DNA of 46,789 nt from NCBI GenBank assembly GCA_050117845.1, contig JASFLY010000023.1, positions 1-46,789 of the forward strand, read 5' to 3'. Shown piece after piece: positions 20,028 to 28,851 of this stretch (within the stretch, counting starts at the first letter, position 1; the number at the start of each line of letters is the position of its first letter). A model generated the notes under the pieces. It was not told the DNA's origin and made no database searches. It saw only the letters and a list, made by a program, of their open reading frames with translations. A program made the position numbers and the translations under genes. This DNA comes from Candidatus Zixiibacteriota bacterium (lineage in GTDB: Bacteria; RBG-13-66-14; B26-G2; WVWN01).

Positions 20028-20479
20028 TGGCGTAGTAACCGCGGGCCGCGGCAAGTTATCCGGAGGCGCGTGAGGCGAGTCGGATTCGATTACGATGAGT
20101 CTCGCGCGCCTCGGCGGCTCGTCCTCTTACGGGTTCTGTGGCCGTTTTCATTGCCTTTCTCAACACTTCGAGCCCGTTATTGGGCGAGTGAAGGAACGCG
20201 CGTCCCTTAAATGTCGTCGCCCTCCTTTAACTCCATTTGACATCCCATAACGCGTTGACCGGCCGGTTATTGCTGTTACAAATAAAGCGTGCCCGCGGGC
20301 ACGCCCTTTCCTTTCCGGCTCGCGGTGAACCCGCGCGGGACAAACGCGGCCGCGAGCACCCCTTACGGGGAAAGCTACATTCCACCTTCCCAAAATCCGA
20401 AGGCCGAACGTACACCTCCTTCCGCGATACAAGTGGTAGTGGGGGGGCGCGGTAATCGAAACCGCGCGCCTTATTACGC

Positions 20480-20752
20480 GTGTCGAACGAAAATAAAACA
20501 GACGGTTGGGCTGTGGGGCGCAAACGCCTCGACGCCGAACTCCTGACCCGGGCCGAACCGATTTACGCTAAACTTGCCGCACTGGCCGAGGGGGGCGACT
20601 TGAAGGCGATGCAGCTTTTCTTTAAAGAGCTCGCGGACGCCGAAAGTCGCATCGCCTCGCTATCCCCGACCGACGGCGACGTCGAAATAATCTACGAAGT
20701 TGTCCCCCCAAATCAGAAAAATAAGGGACGCCGCCCTAAAGATAAATCCTAA
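20480..20752 (+). CDS. Putative terminase small subunit
   Basis: 90 aa helical protein (ALAEGGDLKAMQLFF) directly upstream of and overlapping the large subunit. Confidence 0.55.
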   Translation: MSNENKTDGWAVGRKRLDAELLTRAEPIYAKLAALAEGGDLKAMQLFFKELADAESRIASLSPTDGDVEIIYEVVPPNQKNKGRRPKDKS

Positions 20753-21995
20753 CCAATATGCTATCTACCGGGCATGCGTCCTTCGTCGCAACCGACGCGT
20801 CGTCGTCCGCGCCGGCCGTAAATTCGGAAAGACTTTTACGGCCGTGCGTGTGGCTCGCGATTGGGCTATCGATAACCCCGGGGAGTATCTTTTAATCGCG
20901 GGGCCCGAATACGCCTACTTGAGAGACCAATCCGTCCCGGAGTTGCGGCGGGCTATTCCCGACGCCGCTTTGCTCGGTGGTAATTGGGGCCGAGCGTATA
21001 ACGAGACGGCGCACGTTTTGACTTTAGCTAACGGCGCGAAAATAATCCTCCGTTCGATGGACAACGCTGACGCCGTCAGGCCGCTCTCCGTCGCCGGCCT
21101 TGTGGCCGAGGAGTTCTCGCTCTGGAGCCGCTACGCCTGGGAGGAGTGCGTTCGCCCGACGTTAATGGCCCGCGAAGCACCGGCCCTATTTATTTTCACG
21201 CCCAAGGGGCTTAATCAGGCGCATGAGTTGTGGGCTCGCGCCGCCGCCGGCGAACCCGGGTACGTAGGTTTTCACTACAGCAGCTACGACGGTATCCTCC
21301 CCGCGGCCAGCATAGACGCCGAAGCCCACAGCTTTCCCGAGAACGTTTACCGGCAGGAGATCATGGCGGAGTTCCTGGGCGATATGGGCGGCGTTTTCCG
21401 CGGCGTCCGCGAATGCGTCGCCGGCGATATGGAGGACCCGGATGACGGCGAGACGTACGTTATCGGCTGTGACCTCGCCAAGACGACCGACTTTACCGTA
21501 CTGTGCGTACTGAAACGTTCCAGCCGGGCACTCGTTCATTTCGAACGGTTCAACCAACTCGACTGGGAATTCCAGGTGGCGACGGTCCGCGGCGTCTCGC
21601 GGCGTTACCACGGCGCGACGGTGTGGCTCGACAGTAGCGGCCTTGGCGACCCGGTTCACGACCGCCTGAAGGCCCTCGGCGTTCCCGTGCGCGGCTACAA
21701 GTTCACCGCCGAAACCAAGCGGCGCTTGGTAGAGAACCTGGCGCTCGCTATTGCGGAACGAGACGTACGTTTCCCGGATGTGCCGGTATTAATGAACGAA
21801 CTCGAAATCTACGCCGCCGAACAACTCCCGGGGGGCGGCATCCGGTACGGCGCGCCCGCCGGTTACCACGACGACGCCGTAACCGCGTTAGCCCTCGCCT
21901 GCTGGGGGCTCGGGCGTGGAGGTCCAACCGCCCTGCCGACCGCCGACGGCGGCCGGGTATACCAAAGTAGAGGTATTGACCATGGCGCAGAGTAA
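20700..21995 (+). CDS. Terminase large subunit
   Basis: Q-motif PNQ, Walker A GRKFGKT, Walker B LVAEE, FTPKG, YRQEIMAEF, nuclease IGCDLA and HDDAVTALALA. Confidence 0.92.
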   Translation: MSPQIRKIRDAALKINPNQYAIYRACVLRRNRRVVVRAGRKFGKTFTAVRVARDWAIDNPGEYLLIAGPEYAYLRDQSVPELRRAIPDAALLGGNWGRAYNETAHVLTLANGAKIILRSMDNADAVRPLSVAGLVAEEFSLWSRYAWEECVRPTLMAREAPALFIFTPKGLNQAHELWARAAAGEPGYVGFHYSSYDGILPAASIDAEAHSFPENVYRQEIMAEFLGDMGGVFRGVRECVAGDMEDPDDGETYVIGCDLAKTTDFTVLCVLKRSSRALVHFERFNQLDWEFQVATVRGVSRRYHGATVWLDSSGLGDPVHDRLKALGVPVRGYKFTAETKRRLVENLALAIAERDVRFPDVPVLMNELEIYAAEQLPGGGIRYGAPAGYHDDAVTALALACWGLGRGGPTALPTADGGRVYQSRGIDHGAE

Positions 21996-23262
21996 AGAAC
22001 GTACCAGGCCACCGGCGTCGTACCAGGCGCCGTTGACCCGTTTTTACTATCAATACGCCGCTCGGCTCGTCGCCGAACTCGGCGTCTATAATCCCTCGTC
22101 AATATCGTTCTCCTCGCTCAAGCGGATGCGCGAGTACCCGCAGATCCACTTCGGCCTGGCGGTCATCAAGATGGCCGTACTCGCCGCCGAGAAGCGCGTC
22201 GTTTGCGGCGACGCCGACGTGCGTCGCTTCGTCGAGTCGCAGTACCTCCGGCCGTGGAGCGAGCGCTTCACCAAAATTTGCCTGAACGCGCTCGACTTCG
22301 GTTTCGCGCCAGTCGAGCACGTTTGGACGTCGACCGATTACCACGGCGCTACGAAGTGGGTCTATCGGGAACTCCGCGACCCGCACCCTGAGAACTGCCG
22401 CTGGCTCGCCGACGAGCGCGGCTCCTACAACGGCTTCCAGCAGTTCGCCGGCGACATCATCAACGTCCCCGCCGACAAGTCCGCCTGGTACGCCCACGAC
22501 GACGAGTTCGGCAACCTCTACGGCACCCCCGCCACCAAACCCTGCTACCGCGCCTGGTACAACCACGAGATGCTGACGCTCTTCATGCTGCGCGAGGCCG
22601 AGCGCTTTGGCACGCCCTTCGTCAAGGTGAAGTACCCGCCCGACACCGGCGACGACGTAACCAACCGCGGCGCCGCCCGGACGCTGGGCCGGGACGTGCG
22701 CGACAACTCCTACGTAACGCTGCCCCAGGTCTACGACGAGGGACGCAACGCGCTGTGGGACGTGGAGGTGGTCCCGCCCGCCGGCGACGGCCGCCACTGG
22801 GTCGAGAAGCTCGACTATTTCAACGTCGAGATGTTCCGCGCGCTCCGCATCCCGGATCGCGTCGTGACGCAGGGCGAGGTGGGGGCGTACAAGCAGGCCG
22901 AGGTCCATTCCAAGTTCTTCACCAAAACCACCGACGGCATCGCCGCCGACGTCCTCCGCGCCGAGAACGAGCACAACGTCAAGAAACTCGTACAATATAA
23001 CTTCGACGCGCCGCCGACCTGCTACCTCGAAGCCGAACCCTTGAGCGACGATAAACGCGAGTTCATTCTCGAGCTCTGCCGCGATATCCTCTCGAATAAC
23101 GCCGACCGCCGCACCGTCGAGGCCTGCCGCGACAAGGTGGAGCAGATGGGCCTCAAGATGCCGGAGCCCCCCCTTGCCGCCGGCCCCGCCGCCGCCTCCG
23201 CCGAGGACGAAACCATGCCCAAAGGGGAGGGTGATTTGGCGGAAAGCGTCGGGATGACTTAA
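21982..23262 (+). CDS. Portal protein (Mu gp29/DUF935-like)
   Basis: ALDFGFAPVEHVW, FGNLYG, AERFGTP, GAYKQAEVH; follows terL; GAGGT RBS before ATG 21982. Confidence 0.85.
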   Translation: MAQSKERTRPPASYQAPLTRFYYQYAARLVAELGVYNPSSISFSSLKRMREYPQIHFGLAVIKMAVLAAEKRVVCGDADVRRFVESQYLRPWSERFTKICLNALDFGFAPVEHVWTSTDYHGATKWVYRELRDPHPENCRWLADERGSYNGFQQFAGDIINVPADKSAWYAHDDEFGNLYGTPATKPCYRAWYNHEMLTLFMLREAERFGTPFVKVKYPPDTGDDVTNRGAARTLGRDVRDNSYVTLPQVYDEGRNALWDVEVVPPAGDGRHWVEKLDYFNVEMFRALRIPDRVVTQGEVGAYKQAEVHSKFFTKTTDGIAADVLRAENEHNVKKLVQYNFDAPPTCYLEAEPLSDDKREFILELCRDILSNNADRRTVEACRDKVEQMGLKMPEPPLAAGPAAASAEDETMPKGEGDLAESVGMT

Positions 23263-23304
23263 CCGAGGTCAGCGAACCCGGACCGCCCACCATTATTTAG
23301 ACCG

Positions 23305-23991
23305 ATGAACGAAGAAGTGAAAAACGAACTGAGGAAGATGGGGTTGGACGTGCGTTCCGAGCGGGACCTGCCGCCGCACGTTCGGGAGATGATAGCCCGA
23401 TACGCGGCGGGGATGCCGGGGCGAGGTCGCGTCGGCGTGGAGGCCGGGCGGCTCGCCGACGAGCAGGTCTTCGTCTACGAGGACGAGCGGTTGAGGTTAA
23501 CGATGCCCGTCCCGACGCTGGAAGCGTTCGAAGCGGCGGCGCGGGAGCTGGAACGGCTCGGCCCGGACCTTAAAGATGTCCAAGAGTATGTGACGGTACT
23601 GGCGCGGGCGTTCTGGTTCCTGTGCCGGCGGCCTGTAGGGCGCGGCCTTTTACGCGGGGGACGGCCGTGGCGCGAGTCGGACGACGACGAAGCCCTGGCG
23701 TTACTTGCCCGGACGGTCCCGCACGCCGGGGCGGCGTTGAACTCGGTGCGGGAGGCGTTGTTCGCCCTCGTCGAGTGCGTGACGGGGAAGCGGGGTGGCG
23801 GCCGGGCCGCGCGCTATTGCGGCCTCGCGGAGGCCGTAGCAAACGTGGCCGCGCGTTTCGGCGCCCGCCCCAGAGACGTGATGAAGTGGAACGCGGCCGA
23901 GTTCTTCGCGACGTGGGCGGCGTTGTGCAACGTCGCCCGGGAGGAGGAGGCCGCGGCCGAGGAGGCGAGAAGGCAATGGCGGAGGAGATAA
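23305..23991 (+). CDS. Tail assembly chaperone paralog, in-frame long (GT-like) form
   Basis: N-part aligns with 36746..37270; C-part (RYCGLAE...WNAAEFF) aligns with the -1 frame extension 37237..37455. Confidence 0.7.
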   Translation: MNEEVKNELRKMGLDVRSERDLPPHVREMIARYAAGMPGRGRVGVEAGRLADEQVFVYEDERLRLTMPVPTLEAFEAAARELERLGPDLKDVQEYVTVLARAFWFLCRRPVGRGLLRGGRPWRESDDDEALALLARTVPHAGAALNSVREALFALVECVTGKRGGGRAARYCGLAEAVANVAARFGARPRDVMKWNAAEFFATWAALCNVAREEEAAAEEARRQWRRR

Positions 23992-24416
23992 GCAAGAGGT
24001 TCAGGATATTTCGGGGCCGGGCGCGTCGCCCTAGGGTGGAATTCATGGATGGCCCGGAGCGGGTATACGTCTACGAGGACGGCAATTTGAGATTGGAGAT
24101 TCCCGTCCCGCCGCTCGACGTGTTTGTGGCGTTCGTCCGCGAGTTGGGCAAACTCGGCACCGAGGACGCCGATATCGAAGAATACGTAACGACGTTGGCC
24201 CGGGCGTTATGGGTGTTGCGTCAGCAGCCGAGGAAGCGGGGTTTGTTTCGTACCCGGTACGGAATGCCCGAGGTAGATGAAGAGGCCGCGTTAAATTTCC
24301 TCAAGGAAAAGGTACGTCGGGCCGATGTGGCTTTTACGTCCCTCGCGCCGGCGCTATTTGGCTTTGTCCAACACGTAATAGGGAGTGAACGGACGGGTAA
24401 TCAGCCGCCGAACTGA
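23976..24416 (+). CDS. Tail assembly chaperone paralog, short (G-like) form
   Basis: Shares VYVYED..LRLEIPVPPLD, EYVTTLARALW and FLKEKVRRADV...SLAPALFG with 36746..37270. Confidence 0.7.
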   Translation: MAEEISKRFRIFRGRARRPRVEFMDGPERVYVYEDGNLRLEIPVPPLDVFVAFVRELGKLGTEDADIEEYVTTLARALWVLRQQPRKRGLFRTRYGMPEVDEEAALNFLKEKVRRADVAFTSLAPALFGFVQHVIGSERTGNQPPN

Positions 24417-24438
24417 CGGTACGGGCCAAACTATGGAA

Positions 24439-24467
24439 TTGACTGATTGCGAAGTAGCGGATATAAT
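24439..24467 (+). promoter_or_regulatory. Near-consensus sigma70 promoter for cassette 1
   Basis: TTGACT-N17-TATAAT, 23 nt before ATG 24491. Confidence 0.75.
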
Positions 24468-24490
24468 GTGGAAGGGGGTCGACGTTTGTA

Positions 24491-25180
24491 ATGGTACAAA
24501 GAACGGTTAGGGTGGCTGTCAGGACGACGGCGGGGAACGCGAAAGAGGACGTTGAAAAGGCCGTCGACCAGGCGTTGCGGGTGCAGTATAAGGAGATGAT
24601 GGGGCCGCTTGGGCCGCCGGTAGCGGCCAAGGTCGGCGAGATAATGGGGCAGAAGGCGGAGGAGGTTTGTAGAGGTTGGTTAACGGGAAGGAACTGCTTT
24701 CTTCTTGCTAGTTCCGATCTGGAAGGGACCGACGTTGAGGTGGCTTATAATAAATTACTGGACGCACCCGGAAAGGGATATATAGGTTATATTATAACCT
24801 GGACGGGGGACTTCAACCCGGGGTTAATAAGAGACCGCATACTCGATTATTACGAGCAAAAGGGAATAAAACCTGAGAGTATCAGGAAGTGTAATCGCAT
24901 AGGAATAATGGTACACGGGCATGCGGCCGGAGCAGCTGTAGCGAAGAGATTATTAGGTGGTCCGGTTTACGCCGACGAGATTTTCGACGCTGTGGAACCT
25001 TTTATTGAACCGGGAGGCGAATTATGGTTATTCATATGTCGGGGAGAACAATACCTATGGGACGAGGCCATATCGGCAAGCAAACGCGATTTTAAAGTGG
25101 TCGTTTGGCCTGGCGAGAATCGGGATTGCATTTTCGAACGTGATATAGAACCGTATATAGGTCCAATGCTGGGACCTTAA
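24491..25180 (+). CDS. Cassette 1 His/Cys caspase-fold-like protein (putative effector)
   Basis: IGIMVHGHA...GGELWLFICRG...VVVWPG; N-terminal segment shared with 26270. Confidence 0.6.
   Translation: MVQRTVRVAVRTTAGNAKEDVEKAVDQALRVQYKEMMGPLGPPVAAKVGEIMGQKAEEVCRGWLTGRNCFLLASSDLEGTDVEVAYNKLLDAPGKGYIGYIITWTGDFNPGLIRDRILDYYEQKGIKPESIRKCNRIGIMVHGHAAGAAVAKRLLGGPVYADEIFDAVEPFIEPGGELWLFICRGEQYLWDEAISASKRDFKVVVWPGENRDCIFERDIEPYIGPMLGP
24587..24664 (+). repeat. 78-nt direct repeat, copy 1 (copy 2 at 26300..26377)
   Basis: TATAAGGAGATGATGGGGCCGCTTGGGCCGCCGG...GAGGAG; 5 mismatches in 78 nt by eye. Confidence 0.9.
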
Positions 25181-25181
25181 T

Positions 25182-26264
25182 ATGCTTACTAGTTTCTATA
25201 AAACGCTAATAACCGTGGTTTTATTGACGGTTTCCGCTTCCGGATATGCGACCGCTCGCGATGATGCAAAGAGTGGCGGCGAAACCTTCCGAAAAATAGT
25301 ATTTCTTATTAATGATTTTAAAAACCTACCGGATTATATTAAAGCGGGCGAATGGCGAGTAGATTCTTTACGAGATTGGCACGCGGCACCACCGCCGCCG
25401 ATAGCCGTTGCCCCGACAGGAGAGGTGTTTTTAGCAACGGAAGGTCAAATGCGGTACTACTCTAATACAGGGTCGTTATTAGGTGAATGGGAGTTACCGG
25501 ATGCTCCATTCCCTTCCGGTTATTTCGGTTTAGGCGTAACGCCCTACGGCGCCGTTTTCGCGGCCGACCATTCCGCTGGGCGCGTATACGGGTTTACGCC
25601 TCAAGGCCGATTAATATCGAAGTGGGAAGCGAAGGTAGGGCCGTTAGCTATAGGGCCTAATGGCGACATCTACGCTTCGACGGGGAAACGTATACAACGG
25701 TACGACGCTAACGGCGTTTTACTCGGCGAGTGGGGTTCAAACGGGACACTAGACCGAGATTTCGGCTTAGCGTTATATTTAACCGTTGGTCCTGACGGTG
25801 CTGTTTACGTTTTAGATTTCGACTCCGGTCGGGTGCAGTGCTTTACCGCTGAGGGTTCTTACCTGAGAACGTGGGAACCTACCGGGGCTCGACTGGGGGA
25901 ACGTCAAACGCCTCGCGGGATCGCCGCGGGCCCTGACGGCGACGTTTTTATCTTTAAAAACCCCGGAGTAAAAGTAGGTTGCCGTTTGGAGCGTTTTACG
26001 GCCGCCGGTTCGTTCGTAGGGTCTTTCGGTTTGTCGGAAAACCGCGGTACGGTTTATGGCCCGGGTATCGCCGTGGCGCCGGATGGGACGCTATATATTG
26101 CGGACCGGGAAGATGGACGCATTCGTTATTATAAACCTAGTAGCATTTTCCATATCGTAAGGTACAGTGTGTTCGGCATCGCTATATTAGTAGTGGTTTT
26201 CTTTATTGCCCTTTATACCCGTTTTTTCTTTCGGAAGCGTAAGCGCCAGGTGACGGGTAAATAA
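25182..26264 (+). CDS. NHL-repeat beta-propeller, exported, with C-terminal TM anchor
   Basis: Signal peptide; IAVAPDGTLYIAD-type repeats; C-terminal hydrophobic helix plus RKRKR. Confidence 0.85.
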   Translation: MLTSFYKTLITVVLLTVSASGYATARDDAKSGGETFRKIVFLINDFKNLPDYIKAGEWRVDSLRDWHAAPPPPIAVAPTGEVFLATEGQMRYYSNTGSLLGEWELPDAPFPSGYFGLGVTPYGAVFAADHSAGRVYGFTPQGRLISKWEAKVGPLAIGPNGDIYASTGKRIQRYDANGVLLGEWGSNGTLDRDFGLALYLTVGPDGAVYVLDFDSGRVQCFTAEGSYLRTWEPTGARLGERQTPRGIAAGPDGDVFIFKNPGVKVGCRLERFTAAGSFVGSFGLSENRGTVYGPGIAVAPDGTLYIADREDGRIRYYKPSSIFHIVRYSVFGIAILVVVFFIALYTRFFFRKRKRQVTGK

Positions 26265-26269
26265 TTCTA

Positions 26270-27085
26270 GTGGCCGTCGAGCAGGCGATACAAACTCATT
26301 ATAAGGAGATGATGGGGCCGCTTGGGCCGCCGGTCGCGGCCAAGGTCGCCGAGATAGTGGGGCAGAAAGCCGAGGAGTTGGTCAGGGAGGAAGAGGAATT
26401 CAAGGGGCCTTTAACGTGTGTAATAATGCCTGGGCGCGAGAATGCGCCGCCGCCGTTAGAAGACGTGGGCGACGGTGACATAGATAGTTTGTTTCGGGAG
26501 AACGAGTCACCGCAGTTAAACATACAGGTTATTCCTAAAGATAGTTGGTTCAACGTCGATTTTTACCGGGATGAGGGTATAAAATTAATATTAAACGAGT
26601 TCGAAGCACGTAGAAGAATGGGAGAAATAATCGCGTACGCAGAATATTACCATTTCAACCCGAGTAGTATTGGCGCGGGGATAGCCGAATGTACGACCCA
26701 AAGAGAAGGCGGTTCCGGTACCGGTCCGTTTTGGCCGTTTCTGGAGGAACGGGGTCAACGGTTTGATCGGATAATAATATTTACGCATGCATTTGTATCT
26801 CGCGGCCCGGGTCGTGATGCCTGGGATTACCCCGTCGGCGGACCGAATATCTCCGAGTATATACCTCCCGATATTGTCTACAGCGAGGTGGGGCCTTATT
26901 TAAAAGAAGGAGGGGAGCTAATCGTTATTTGTTGCGGGCAGTGGCAAGCCGAGTGGGAAGGATACGCGGATTATACGGGTATAAGTTTTTTCGTAACTAT
27001 ATGGCCGGGCGAAGGCCGGTGTGCGGATGCCGGAGAAGTCATAGATATGATTCAAAACAAAATGGAAAGAAGTAAAACGCCATGA
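26270..27085 (+). CDS. Cassette 2 His/Cys caspase-fold-like protein (orphan-like)
   Basis: Begins just before the 78-nt repeat; RFDRIIIFTHA...GGELIVICCGQ...VTIWPG. Confidence 0.6.
   Translation: MAVEQAIQTHYKEMMGPLGPPVAAKVAEIVGQKAEELVREEEEFKGPLTCVIMPGRENAPPPLEDVGDGDIDSLFRENESPQLNIQVIPKDSWFNVDFYRDEGIKLILNEFEARRRMGEIIAYAEYYHFNPSSIGAGIAECTTQREGGSGTGPFWPFLEERGQRFDRIIIFTHAFVSRGPGRDAWDYPVGGPNISEYIPPDIVYSEVGPYLKEGGELIVICCGQWQAEWEGYADYTGISFFVTIWPGEGRCADAGEVIDMIQNKMERSKTP
26300..26377 (+). repeat. 78-nt direct repeat, copy 2
   Basis: Matches 24587..24664. Confidence 0.9.
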
Positions 27086-27116
27086 TATTACTAATTGGTT
27101 ATTACGAGGGCGAGCG

Positions 27117-28121
27117 ATGGCGATTAACTCCTGTATTATAAAGCGGATATTAAACGCGGTAGTTATAACGGCGATATTCGCCGGTTGCACCGAAACCGCA
27201 CATAATAAAGGTAATCGCGGAAAAAACGGTGGGTCGCGCCATACAGGAACGACGGCCGACGAGCGGGGGCCTTATTACTATATTGGAGGGGTCCAACTCC
27301 CGCGAAAGTGGTACTTTAGGCGTTCGAGTTCCGCACCCCCGCTAGCTGTCGGGCCTTCCGGTTTAGTCTATATTATGGATTTAAAATGCGGTACTTACGT
27401 CCGTTGTTTTTCCCGCGGAGGCGTTTTGTTAAGTGAAATTGGAACTCCGCCCGGTTCTGACTTCGCGTTACGAGCCGACGGCGTTATTTACGTTTTTACC
27501 GCGTTCGGCAAGACAAGGGAAGTACGGTATTATAACTCCGGCGGTTCGTTTATAGGGAAATGGGATTTAGGGCCTCCCGGTGAAGGTAAAATCGCGACGT
27601 TCAATTTCGGTGCCATAGCTACGGCCCCTTCCGGTGGCGTATACGTTGCCGAATGGGGTTATGACCGTTTAAGCCATTTCACAGCATCGGGTTCGTTATT
27701 AGGTAGGTGGGGTAAAAGCGGCTCGGGACCTGGAGAATTTTACGGGCCGAACGATATAGCCGTCGCCCCGTCAGGTACGGTGTATGTGTCCGATAGCGGT
27801 AACGGCCGGATACAATATTTTACGCCCGACGGTAAATACCTGGGCGAGTGGGGAAGTGGATACGCGCCGGACGGCGGCTTCGGCGGCCTGTTAAGCATCG
27901 CCGTTACGCCGGAAGGCGACGTTTTAACGGCCGATATATATAAAAAAGAAATCGAGGTATTTTCGGGCGAAGGTTCTTTGATTGGCAGTTTTACCATACC
28001 GGGCTTAAAGGATAGGGAATATTATTTCCGCGACTTGGCGGTAGGTCCCGACGGTACGGTTTATGTTTCCTTCTCCGACCCCGGGTATATCTGGGCCTTC
28101 GCACCGAATAAGGAGGGGTAA
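27117..28121 (+). CDS. NHL-repeat beta-propeller lipoprotein
   Basis: Lipobox IFAGC; GSGPGEFYGPNDIAVAPSGTVYVSDSGNGRIQYF. Confidence 0.88.
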   Translation: MAINSCIIKRILNAVVITAIFAGCTETAHNKGNRGKNGGSRHTGTTADERGPYYYIGGVQLPRKWYFRRSSSAPPLAVGPSGLVYIMDLKCGTYVRCFSRGGVLLSEIGTPPGSDFALRADGVIYVFTAFGKTREVRYYNSGGSFIGKWDLGPPGEGKIATFNFGAIATAPSGGVYVAEWGYDRLSHFTASGSLLGRWGKSGSGPGEFYGPNDIAVAPSGTVYVSDSGNGRIQYFTPDGKYLGEWGSGYAPDGGFGGLLSIAVTPEGDVLTADIYKKEIEVFSGEGSLIGSFTIPGLKDREYYFRDLAVGPDGTVYVSFSDPGYIWAFAPNKEG

Positions 28122-28122
28122 A

Positions 28123-28752
28123 ATGAACCAGGAACAACATGAAATAATCTGCGAAGTTAAAACCGAGGATACGGGTGACCTTGGCTCCTTCGCCGATCAG
28201 TTAAGCCGACTCAAAGAGGATCCCTTGAGAGGGACGGGTGAGGGCGAGAACGAAGAGAAGAAGGACAAGAAAGCCGAAAAGGCCGCGATAGGCCGCGTCT
28301 CGGATATGATCGCCGGCGGCCTGGTCCAGGGCCTCAAGTCCGGCGACGTGAGGGGTGCGCTTGGAGGCGTGGGCTTGCAGATGGCCGAAGGGATGGCCTC
28401 CGCGCTCGTCTCGAAGGGGATTAATTCCATCCTCAGCGCCATCCCCGGCCTCGGCACGATAACGAGTCTCCTCGGCTTCCAACACGAGGGCCTGGTCCGT
28501 AATCCCACCCTCGCGTTGGTCGGCGAGCACGAGCCGGAGTTCATCGTGACGCAGGAGCGGATGAGGGGCCTCATGCAGGGCGGCCGGCCCGGCTACGGTT
28601 TCGGCCCGGGCGACTTCGGCGTCCCCAACGTTAACGTCGCCGCGCCCAACGTCGCGGTTGAAGTAAACGTGGCCCCCGGCGTAGACGCCGACATCCAAAC
28701 GGCCTATCGTTGTCGCGCCGGCGAAGCCCGTCTCTCCCAGCTCGAAGGTTAA
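28123..28752 (+). CDS. Very short tape-measure-like protein (209 aa)
   Basis: G/A-rich helical middle and GFQHEGLVRNPTLALVGEHEPEFIV, resembling the FAxGGxVxxPT..VGExGPE motif of tape-measure C-termini; GGAGG RBS. Confidence 0.6.
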   Translation: MNQEQHEIICEVKTEDTGDLGSFADQLSRLKEDPLRGTGEGENEEKKDKKAEKAAIGRVSDMIAGGLVQGLKSGDVRGALGGVGLQMAEGMASALVSKGINSILSAIPGLGTITSLLGFQHEGLVRNPTLALVGEHEPEFIVTQERMRGLMQGGRPGYGFGPGDFGVPNVNVAAPNVAVEVNVAPGVDADIQTAYRCRAGEARLSQLEG

Positions 28753-28851
28753 TCCCACTTTTTAATCTCCCTAAGTTAATCCCACCGTTTACCACCGGCG
28801 CCTCGCGCGGCCGGCAAGGTTCCCAATTCAAATTAATTGGAGGGGTTCAAT

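Noticed and set aside
20695..20725. C CCA AAT slippery heptamer fusing terS to terL
   Set aside because: A -1 shift hits TAA within a few codons and terL is in the +1 frame; a TTG start at 20700 suffices.
24587..26377. Repeat pairs as a DGR template/variable region or a CRISPR array
   Set aside because: No reverse transcriptase or cas genes seen, mismatches are not adenine-restricted, and there is no repeat-spacer periodicity.
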